Assembly (NCBI GenBank): GCA_937861125.1
Contig: CALMAY010000038.1
Location: 126,921 to 190,920, forward strand
Reading direction: 5' to 3'
DNA length: 64,000 nt
DNA from: an uncultured bacterium
GTDB taxonomy: Bacteria; Patescibacteriota; Patescibacteriia; Magasanikbacterales; UBA922
Below the pieces are notes generated by a model that made no database searches, had not been told where the DNA came from, and worked only from the letters and a program-made list of their open reading frames with translations. Position 1 is the first letter of the stretch; every line of letters starts with the position of its first letter. Positions 55,960-63,671 of this stretch are shown here, in pieces. The position numbers and the translations under genes are program-made.

Positions 55960-57405
55960 TTACTCTATCTTAAATTCGACTAGTTCATATCTGTTGTCTT
56001 CTGTTGGTATCATCAGGCCTAATGAGTCTATATTTTTTAAATTTGTTTTTCTAATAAGTTGTTTTGTTTGTTCTTCTATTACGCTAATTTTATTATTTTT
56101 TACTAAAGAAGTAAGTGGACAGGAGAGGGTATCGTTAACTATAAATAAGTACATTATCTTGTAATCATTATCTTTGTATTTAAGCAAGTTATTTATTTTT
56201 GCGATGTCATTTTTAATTTCTGTGTATTTTTTAACAGTGTTTTGTAAGTATAATACGGATCCATTTTCAGGTATTTCTGGGGTGTATATGTGAGATATTG
56301 CTTCGATATTGTGAACATCTTTTATCTCAACTATAAATTTAATTCCGTTTTTTTCTAGTATATAATCACCTTGACCCTGGGGAAAAGGTTGATAAGATAC
56401 AAAGTTATACCCTAATTTATTTAAATAATAACCAGCCCCTATTTCATTGAGATCAGTCCATTGCTGCTTGGGTTTACCGTTAATATTTGGTCTTTTGTCA
56501 AGTATGGTTTTTCCGTTCTTGTCTTTTATTTTCTCTGCCCAATTTAACCATTTTTCAAATTCTGGAATATATGAGTTCGCAAAAAAATAGTCATTGAATT
56601 CATCTCCAGATTTTGATGTTTTGTTATTTTCATCGTAAAATTTACTAAATTGTTTTTCGTAATATTTAGCAAATGTTTGATATTTAAGTATATTTTCGAT
56701 TGCTCTTTCAGTATTTTTATTTTGTTTAAACCATTTGTTATCACTAAACCATTCAATAGAATTAAACTGTAATTTGTATGTATCGCTCTGTCTCTGTAGT
56801 CCACCGAGATAGATATATTTCTTTCCATTTTCTTTTGTAGAGAGAATCGCACGTGTCATCATACCGAGCCCCATATCTTTGGGTACTGTTTCTAGATTGT
56901 AGAATGGATAGGAGTAGTGGATTATCTCAGGAGTTTCTACTGCGATACAGTAGCCGACAGATTCACCATTGAGTGTATAGACAAACAAACGATTGAAATC
57001 TTTGCGTCCTGCGATGAGAAGCTCTTTTACCTTGTTTGCACTAAAAACACCTGGACCAAATTTGGTTTCATAAAAATCTTTGGCGAGTTTGCCAATTGTC
57101 CAGTCGTAGTCAATGAGGGGGAGTGTCTGTACGTGGAGCTCCAATCCTTCGGTTTTTCGTAATATTCTACGATTTTCACTCGAGAGTTCAAATGCTGAAA
57201 GATCAATCCGAACACTACGTGTCTGCTCCATGTGTCCCTCACTTGGGCGAGTAAAAACAAAACCACGATCGTACATCGTGTTGATATTCTCGGGAGAGAA
57301 ATCTTTTATTGTTTGTTCATCCCATTTGAGGTACATATGCTTGACAAAGATAGTTTTTTGTGCTATATTGAGCTGTTCTCGTGTCTGCCTGCTAACAATG
57401 ACCAT
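55960..57405 (-). CDS. ATE/Bpt-family aminoacyl-tRNA-protein transferase-like domain fused to an AT-rich PD-(D/E)xK-like C-terminal domain
   Basis: N-half: MYDRGFVFTR...RIDLSAFELSSENRRIL and YSYPFYN...MGLGMMTRAILSTKENGKKYIYLGG...YKLQF, colinear with bacterial Bpt. C-half: GDYILEKNGIKFIVEIKD nuclease-like motif. Alternative start ATG 57336. Confidence 0.6.
   Translation of the reverse strand: MVIVSRQTREQLNIAQKTIFVKHMYLKWDEQTIKDFSPENINTMYDRGFVFTRPSEGHMEQTRSVRIDLSAFELSSENRRILRKTEGLELHVQTLPLIDYDWTIGKLAKDFYETKFGPGVFSANKVKELLIAGRKDFNRLFVYTLNGESVGYCIAVETPEIIHYSYPFYNLETVPKDMGLGMMTRAILSTKENGKKYIYLGGLQRQSDTYKLQFNSIEWFSDNKWFKQNKNTERAIENILKYQTFAKYYEKQFSKFYDENNKTSKSGDEFNDYFFANSYIPEFEKWLNWAEKIKDKNGKTILDKRPNINGKPKQQWTDLNEIGAGYYLNKLGYNFVSYQPFPQGQGDYILEKNGIKFIVEIKDVHNIEAISHIYTPEIPENGSVLYLQNTVKKYTEIKNDIAKINNLLKYKDNDYKIMYLFIVNDTLSCPLTSLVKNNKISVIEEQTKQLIRKTNLKNIDSLGLMIPTEDNRYELVEFKIE
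57341..57369 (+). promoter_or_regulatory. Strong sigma-70-like promoter of the antisense small RNA
   Basis: TTGACA (57341-57346), 17 nt, TATATT (57364-57369), preceded by TGTGc. Confidence 0.7.
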
Positions 57406-57618
57406 TTAACAATCTGGCTAGAGGTATTGGTCCGGAGATAGAATTCGGCCCTTACTGATAAACTGCTGTGTATATAAGCGGCGGGTTGGTGAGGGCACTA
57501 TATAATCGAACAGGCTCCGGCCGGAATTGCGGCCACAGAGGGTCTTACGTTACAGAGTGGACACGAGAACACCCACTTAAAGTTAATCATACACATTGTA
57601 CTGTGTGTGTTTTTATTT
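57376..57618 (+). ncRNA. Unclassified structured small RNA, antisense to the mraY / ATE-like operon
   Basis: Consensus promoter. 11-bp terminal helix GTTCTCGTGTC (57375-57385) / GACACGAGAAC (57560-57570). Adjacent helix CTG(C)TAAC/GTTACAG. Hairpin CTGCTG...CGGCGG has G-U pairs that form only on the plus strand. Terminator ATACACA-ttgtac-TGTGTGT plus GTTTTTATTT (57589-57618). Confidence 0.6.
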
Positions 57619-58768
57619 ATAACAACGCCACCCAAACCCCAAATAACACCACAATCGCATGAATCACCCAAAACCGCATAACCGTTTTTTCTTCACTCCA
57701 GCCACGAAATGCGAGGTGATAGTGAATGGGTGCCATTTTGAAAATACGACGCCCGAGGAGGTAGCGTCCGAGTACCTGGATGATGACAGATGCGAGCTCG
57801 GCATAAAAAATAAAACCAAGCAGTGGAATAAGAAGGAGTTGGTTCATCACAATGGCATTGATGGCAAAGAGAGAGCCGAGTCCGAGAGATCCAACATCTC
57901 CCATCTCAAAACGTGCTGGTTTGATATTGAAATAGGTGTAGGTGAGGAGAGCGCCGACAGTAGTCGCGTTGAGGAGGGTGATCGCCTCCATACCCTCAAG
58001 CCATGAGAGTATTGTTAGGGCACTAAAACTGATAATGAGTGACCCGCCAGCGAGTCCGTCCATACCATCAGTGATGTTGACTGCATTGGCGGTCGCCATG
58101 ACAAAAAAGATAATGAGAGGAATAATCCAAAAACCAATACTGACAAACCCATCAAATGGAATGTGAATTGTCTGCCAGTGTTCACCGAGTTTGAAATAGA
58201 TCCAGTATGCTGTGACAGCGCCAGCGATAAATTGGAAGAGAAGTTTTTCGTGTACATGTACGCCCTTGCCTGGATGGCGTGAGAGCCAGACACTTATGCG
58301 TTTGAACGCGTGCCAAGGGAGTGAAATGATATACCAAATGCGCATGTACCAGTATTTGTGTATACGTGCGAGGCGGAGGATCTGACTGAGTTTGCGACTA
58401 CGTCGTTCGTGTCCGTAGATATGGAGAATATCGTCAATACCACCGAGCAGTGCCGAGAGGAGCATAACTCCGATGGGTACCCATGTCCATTTGCGCTCCC
58501 AGTTGAACAGCATGGTGATGAGTGCGACCGTAACGATGACGAGGAGTCCGCCCATGATTGGAGTACCGACTTTGTTTGCGCGGTCTGCGATCATGTGTGT
58601 CTGGTCGTATTCATTGTGTCGAGTGATGCGATATCGGTAGAGTACTTTGGTGAGGAGTGGTGCAAAGAGAAATGAGATACCACAAGCACACAATCCAAAG
58701 AAAATAGCGGTATGAAGGAGGTCAATAGAGGCGATAGCGAGGTTCATAGTTTGGCTATAATACAACAA
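57617..58768 (-). CDS. mraY: Phospho-N-acetylmuramoyl-pentapeptide transferase
   Basis: NAVNITDGMDGLA, MGDVGSLGLG, KMAPIHYHL. Contains a longer-than-usual cytoplasmic insertion (HIYGHERRSRKL...). Possible alternative start at the MNLAIAS Met. Confidence 0.9.
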   Translation of the reverse strand: MLYYSQTMNLAIASIDLLHTAIFFGLCACGISFLFAPLLTKVLYRYRITRHNEYDQTHMIADRANKVGTPIMGGLLVIVTVALITMLFNWERKWTWVPIGVMLLSALLGGIDDILHIYGHERRSRKLSQILRLARIHKYWYMRIWYIISLPWHAFKRISVWLSRHPGKGVHVHEKLLFQFIAGAVTAYWIYFKLGEHWQTIHIPFDGFVSIGFWIIPLIIFFVMATANAVNITDGMDGLAGGSLIISFSALTILSWLEGMEAITLLNATTVGALLTYTYFNIKPARFEMGDVGSLGLGSLFAINAIVMNQLLLIPLLGFIFYAELASVIIQVLGRYLLGRRIFKMAPIHYHLAFRGWSEEKTVMRFWVIHAIVVLFGVWVALL

Positions 58769-58792
58769 AAAGAGGCCTTTTGCAAGGTCTCT

Positions 58793-59464
58793 TTATTTCT
58801 TTTTTTGCTTTTCTAATTCCTGTAAAAAAGATTCTAGACGTGTGACATATCTAAGCGCTACATTTTTTTGATCTGGATCTTGTATTTTCCTCTCTATGGC
58901 TTGTCTTAGTTTTGTTGTATCTATTGAAATATACGTTCCTTTGGTCTCGTCCCATTGAAGTGGATAAAGTCTGTCCACATATTGAATACCTGTCGGACTG
59001 ACAATATAATTTTGTAAACTTCTGTCAAATAATACAATCCCAGTATTCATCAATTCTGATTGAAACGGAGTAACTGCCTGAGCTCGCTGTGTTAGTTCGT
59101 CCTGTATGAGTTCGTATTTTGGTATTGGGTGATTTTGATCAATCCAGGATTGTCGAACATTTTCATGGTATGAATCTATAGATGTGTCCATGTGTTCGTG
59201 TATTGTTTGGGTTTCTCCTTTGTTACTCGTTAAATGGATTGCATGGATATCTGGAATTGAATTTGGAAATAGAAGATGCGCAATTTTTGTTAAGAAAAAT
59301 TCCGCATGTAGATATTCAGGTGTGTTCATGAGTGCATGAAAGTTTGGAGATTTTTCTTTCACTATTTTACCATCGTTTCTACGGTATACTTCGTGTTCAG
59401 AACCTTCACCAATACGTGTGGTATTTTTTTGTTGTTGTACGGGTCCTCTATATATTTCTGGCAT
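58793..59464 (-). CDS. Hypothetical protein with protein-kinase-like fold motifs (possible small-molecule kinase)
   Basis: Glycine-loop-like IGEGSEHEVYR plus GKIVKEK. Catalytic-loop-like LFDRSLQNYIV. YVDRL. Confidence 0.35.
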   Translation of the reverse strand: MPEIYRGPVQQQKNTTRIGEGSEHEVYRRNDGKIVKEKSPNFHALMNTPEYLHAEFFLTKIAHLLFPNSIPDIHAIHLTSNKGETQTIHEHMDTSIDSYHENVRQSWIDQNHPIPKYELIQDELTQRAQAVTPFQSELMNTGIVLFDRSLQNYIVSPTGIQYVDRLYPLQWDETKGTYISIDTTKLRQAIERKIQDPDQKNVALRYVTRLESFLQELEKQKKK

Positions 59465-59465
59465 A

Positions 59466-60245
59466 TTATTTTTTAATTCGTCTGATCTCCACTCGTTTTG
59501 CTTCTGTTGCTCGTTTATAGGTTTCGTTGTCTTTTTCTTTCTTTCCTTTTTCTTCCCAGATTTGTTCTAGAAGTGGTTTGGAAATATCGGTAATGTGGAT
59601 CAATCCTTGGCGAACACCATGGTCTGTCTGTCCTTCGCTGCTCCATGCAAAGGCATGAATAAGATGAATGCAGATCGGGAGGTCCTCTGCACGGTCAACT
59701 GCCTCGACGATCATGATATGATCAATGGCACCTGTGTATCCGGCATCAATAAGTGTGATGTAATCTCCAGGAGCAACATCACGAAGAGGGATTACCGTTG
59801 AGTTTTTATCATCTGCAAATGTTTCGACATTGATATTTTCTATGGTGCGCCAACGACGGATGAGGCGACGGAGTAGATTCCACGTATGTGGAAATGTAAT
59901 ACGAGATGCGAGTGTGCTCTGACTTGTCGCACGTATCTGTGCATCGAGGATATAGTATGCAAATCCAGAACAATCAATCCCAATACCATCAGCAATCAAG
60001 AGAGTACGCGCTTCATCAGCTGTAATGGTGGATATCTGTTTCTTGTGTTTAAGGCAGATGATCTCTAGTTCTTCTTTGATCTCTTGTATAGATCCTTTGC
60101 CAATCATCACGCGCAAGCCTGCACGTACTTGGATACGTTTATTATTGAAGTAGGGAATAGGAAATATCACTCCTTCGCGAAGAGGAAAGTGTAGGTATTG
60201 TTGGGCTACCTGTTGAGCAAGTGGAGAAAGTGTTTGGGTGGTCAT
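59466..60245 (-). CDS. Hypothetical protein with NlpC/P60-like cysteine peptidase motifs
   Basis: GIDCSGFAYYIL (catalytic Cys context). GDYITL...AIDHIMIV (His). Confidence 0.45.
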   Translation of the reverse strand: MTTQTLSPLAQQVAQQYLHFPLREGVIFPIPYFNNKRIQVRAGLRVMIGKGSIQEIKEELEIICLKHKKQISTITADEARTLLIADGIGIDCSGFAYYILDAQIRATSQSTLASRITFPHTWNLLRRLIRRWRTIENINVETFADDKNSTVIPLRDVAPGDYITLIDAGYTGAIDHIMIVEAVDRAEDLPICIHLIHAFAWSSEGQTDHGVRQGLIHITDISKPLLEQIWEEKGKKEKDNETYKRATEAKRVEIRRIKK

Positions 60246-60273
60246 ATGTATGGAACGTGAAACGTTTCACATG

Positions 60274-61362
60274 TTACAAATCTATCTTTTTTAGTATGTC
60301 ATGTTTCTCCACAATCGAATGGTTGAATCTGTGTACAATCGGCTCAGTATCACGTCGGTCAAAGAGTTGTGCGCCATCAAAAATTTCTATTAGTGATGTA
60401 TTTTTTAAGTCTGCACCAAGCAATGATTGAATGTGCGCTTCAAATGTGGTTAATTGGTTTGTTTCTTGGTGTTTATCTCTTTGAAGTTTTGACTCGTAGG
60501 TAGTCGATGCTGGTTGACGTGCATTGATCTCAATCAAATACAGTTTTCCTGTCTCGTGCTCTACCATCACATCAATACCAAACAATCCGCTCCATCCATC
60601 AACTCTGAGTTTGTCTCCAATCGCTGTCGCCATTGCATGGTACTCTGTGACTTGCGTTTCAGTCAAAACTTTTTTTGCAAAACCCCAGTCATTCCCAATT
60701 GTTTGGAAGGGATTTTGAGTGTACGGAGCGATACCAGTAATTTGATAATTGATATTTCCAATTAATACGTCGTCTTTTGTCACGACGTTATTGTTGGTAA
60801 ACATCATACCGTTGATAAATGAGGTAACACGAACGGGACGATCTGGGAATTGTTGTTGTAGTTGTTGTAGTTGTTGCAACTGTTCTACTTGTAGTGTACC
60901 TTCACCTGTGTGTGCATGATTAAATTGAACAATACAAGGGAGATCGGCTTCTGTGATCTCTTTACATGTTTTGATACTGTGTGGTGGGAGGAGTGATGCG
61001 AGTTCACCAAGCCACTTCACCTGTGTTATTTTTTCTTCTACCTTTCGAGCTAGTGCTGCAGGTGGGTTGAGAAGGTTCCAGCTCTGCTCTTTGCAGATAT
61101 GTTCAATCGTTGATGTATTTTTGAAGACGAGGATGTTTGCTTGAGGTAAAATTGTTGCAATTGTAGTTGGGTGTGCAAGTAATTCATGTGTATCTAGAAT
61201 TTTTTCTTCTTCAATCCAAATAATATCTTGACGATCTCCCGCCAAACGTTTGTTTTCTGGTGTCACATTGGTCACTATTGTATATCCGTTAGTTTCAGAT
61301 AACCCAAGCGCGCGATCGATGTCGCGGGTGATGTAGAAAAGCGGGGGTGAATATGTGAGCAT
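60274..61362 (-). CDS. ATP-grasp family ligase (substrate unknown)
   Basis: C-terminal ATP-grasp core WSGLFGIDVMVEHETGKLYLIEINARQPAST. Does not carry obvious Ddl or RimK/LysX signatures. Confidence 0.55.
   Translation of the reverse strand: MLTYSPPLFYITRDIDRALGLSETNGYTIVTNVTPENKRLAGDRQDIIWIEEEKILDTHELLAHPTTIATILPQANILVFKNTSTIEHICKEQSWNLLNPPAALARKVEEKITQVKWLGELASLLPPHSIKTCKEITEADLPCIVQFNHAHTGEGTLQVEQLQQLQQLQQQFPDRPVRVTSFINGMMFTNNNVVTKDDVLIGNINYQITGIAPYTQNPFQTIGNDWGFAKKVLTETQVTEYHAMATAIGDKLRVDGWSGLFGIDVMVEHETGKLYLIEINARQPASTTYESKLQRDKHQETNQLTTFEAHIQSLLGADLKNTSLIEIFDGAQLFDRRDTEPIVHRFNHSIVEKHDILKKIDL
60852..60878. repeat. 3 x 9-bp tandem repeat inside the ATP-grasp gene
   Basis: GTTGTTGTA GTTGTTGTA GTTGTTGCA, encoding QLQQLQQLQ on the minus strand. 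Confidence 0.9.
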
Positions 61363-61442
61363 AGATATGACTATAGACTACCTGTTTTTGGTGGAAAAAG
61401 CAACCTTGTTTTTCTGTGATACTTCTAGTAGACTAGAGGTAT

Positions 61443-62402
61443 ATGAATGAATTGTATACTACACTCAAAACCTTTGGACATCTCAAGGCGAACGAGCCGA
61501 TGAGTAAACATACAACCTTTAAAATTGGTGGACCTGCCGAATATTTTTTGACGATCAATACAACAGAAAAATTGATTGAAGCATTACGGTATTTGGATGA
61601 AGAAAATGTACCGTATTTTATCCTCGGTGGTGGGAGTAATATGCTAGTGTCTGATGAAGGGTATCAGGGTGTAGTAATCAATATTCAGACAGCTATGTCT
61701 GGAATTGAGGATGGTTTCTTTGTTGCAGATGCTGGGTGTGCGACAGTGGAAGTGGCTCAAAAAACTATGGCAGCACAGCTTTCTGGATTTGAGTGGGGAG
61801 TGGGTGTACCGGGAACGATCGGTGGGGCAGTGCGGGGAAATGCTGGGGCGATGGGTAAAGAGATGAAAGATGATGTCTACTCAGTCGATGTCTATCGAAA
61901 TGGTGAGGTGGTGACACTGACAAATGCAGAGTGTGAATTTGGATATCGTCATAGTGCATTTAAACATTCTTCTGATGTTATTCTTCGTGTTGCACTAAAA
62001 CTCGCACCATATACATCGATTGAACAGCAAGCGGAGAGTAAACAAAAGATGTTGGATTTTTTGAAATATAGAAATACAACACAGCCAAAAGGGTTTGCTT
62101 CTACTGGTTGTATTTTCAAGAATGTAGATTGTGTTGCTCAAAACGTAGAATCAAAGATTGAAATCCCTGAAGAGTTTTTGAAACGTGGTAAGATCTCTGC
62201 GGGATGGCTCGTAGAACAAGCAGGGATGAAAGGGAGACAAATTGGTCAGGCACAGGTGAGTCCGGTGCATGGAAACTTTGTGGTCAATCTGGGTGGAGCG
62301 ACGGCGTCTGATGTAACAGCATTGATTGAAGAGATAAAGACGGCAGTGTGCAATAAGACAGGAATTACTCTAGAAGAAGAAATTCAAATGTGGGGCAACT
62401 AA
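61443..62402 (+). CDS. murB: UDP-N-acetylenolpyruvoylglucosamine reductase
   Basis: MSKHTTFKIGGPAEYF, ILGGGSNMLV, GVPGTIGGAVRGNAGA. Confidence 0.9.
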   Translation: MNELYTTLKTFGHLKANEPMSKHTTFKIGGPAEYFLTINTTEKLIEALRYLDEENVPYFILGGGSNMLVSDEGYQGVVINIQTAMSGIEDGFFVADAGCATVEVAQKTMAAQLSGFEWGVGVPGTIGGAVRGNAGAMGKEMKDDVYSVDVYRNGEVVTLTNAECEFGYRHSAFKHSSDVILRVALKLAPYTSIEQQAESKQKMLDFLKYRNTTQPKGFASTGCIFKNVDCVAQNVESKIEIPEEFLKRGKISAGWLVEQAGMKGRQIGQAQVSPVHGNFVVNLGGATASDVTALIEEIKTAVCNKTGITLEEEIQMWGN

Positions 62403-62409
62403 CTGGATG

Positions 62410-63666
62410 TTAGTGTGTTGTTGGGTGTTCGTGGTGGTCGCCACTTGTGAAATCTTTTGTATATATAACTGGCTGTTCTGGGCCAGTTATATCTAATATT
62501 GCCCAAGCACCTTTGTTCATACGGGCGAGCGCATGATCAACAATGAGGTATTTACCGGGAACAGAAGCAGTAAACTCAACAATTGTTGCGCCTCCAGGCA
62601 GCACTGCTGTAGTTTGAACGTTTTTGAGAATAGTAGAACCTACGCCAATAGCAGCTTCGGGATAGACTGTGTCAAAAATTTCACCAATCACGTGAAACGA
62701 CGAGACGAGATTGACTCCACCATTTCCTACGTACATACGAACTCGATCACCAACGTGTGCCTGAAAACGAGTTGACTGTTCTATTTTTCCGTTAAAGACA
62801 ACGTAGTTTGGATTACCGTCCAGGAGTGCTTGCGAATCAAATTGAATCAAGCCACGTTTCCCAATGTCACCTTTTGCGTAGAACTCTCCTTGCATGAGAT
62901 AAAATTCTTTTTCTACTGGTGGAAGTGCAATGCTAATATCTTTTGGATCAACCATGATCATGCCATATTGTCCATGTGAGTTGTGTGTACTAACATTAGG
63001 CATCGCACAGTGATAGACGTATAACCCAGGGTTGAGTGCAGTAAAGCGAAATGATTTTGTTTCACCTGGAGCAACGTGTGTCGCTTCTGCGCCACCGCCA
63101 GGCCCATTGACGGCGTGTAAGTCAATATTGTGGTGATGAATACTTGTGCTATCGTTAGTGAGTGTTATTTCGACAAGATCACCTTCACGAATACGTAAAA
63201 ATGGTGCAGGAACTTGTTCGTTGTATGTCCAGTAATTTTGGTAAATACCAGGAGAGATTTCTGAGATAACTTCTTTGGCTGTCAGGTGAATTCGTACAAT
63301 ACCATCAGCGTCTGGTGCAATCGGTTGTGTGAGGGCTTCACTTGGGGCCGCGATGTCTTCGACGTGTTTGAAGTTGTTTTTGTGTATGAGAAAGTCGAGA
63401 ATATTGTGAAATGGAATACTGGGTGGCAGTCCACCTGGTGCGTGTGAATGCATAAAGAGCGGCATGGCAAAGTCAGGTGGATAGGTACGATTGGCCATGA
63501 GTCCAGCGCCAAGTGCGAGTACAAACAGAAGGATGGGTATGTATATCCCTGGTTTGATAACGAGTTTATGAATAGTTCTCTGTTGGTAGAGGTGAATACA
63601 CAACACGATCAGCGCACTAAGGCCGATGAATGCTGCGATAATTTCAAAGATGAGATAGAGAAACAT
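62410..63666 (-). CDS. nirK: Copper-containing nitrite reductase (NirK), membrane-anchored
   Basis: N-terminal TM segments. HHHNIDLHAVNGPGGG (type 2 Cu His). YVYHCAMPNVSTHNSHGQYGM (type 1 Cu Cys/His/Met). Confidence 0.8.
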   Translation of the reverse strand: MFLYLIFEIIAAFIGLSALIVLCIHLYQQRTIHKLVIKPGIYIPILLFVLALGAGLMANRTYPPDFAMPLFMHSHAPGGLPPSIPFHNILDFLIHKNNFKHVEDIAAPSEALTQPIAPDADGIVRIHLTAKEVISEISPGIYQNYWTYNEQVPAPFLRIREGDLVEITLTNDSTSIHHHNIDLHAVNGPGGGAEATHVAPGETKSFRFTALNPGLYVYHCAMPNVSTHNSHGQYGMIMVDPKDISIALPPVEKEFYLMQGEFYAKGDIGKRGLIQFDSQALLDGNPNYVVFNGKIEQSTRFQAHVGDRVRMYVGNGGVNLVSSFHVIGEIFDTVYPEAAIGVGSTILKNVQTTAVLPGGATIVEFTASVPGKYLIVDHALARMNKGAWAILDITGPEQPVIYTKDFTSGDHHEHPTTH

Positions 63667-63671
63667 AATGG

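Noticed and set aside
57421-57560. RNase P RNA, suggested by the GAGG..GGTCCGG and ACAGAG..CTTAC motifs plus terminal P1/P2-like helices.
   Set aside because: The bounded RNA is only about 195 nt. I could not form the P4 pairing between the two motifs, and the specificity-domain elements are missing. It is kept as an unclassified sRNA and needs a covariance-model test.
60852-60878. 9-bp tandem repeat in the ATP-grasp gene, considered as a phase-variation switch.
   Set aside because: The unit length is a multiple of three, so copy-number change only alters a QLQ linker and cannot switch the frame.
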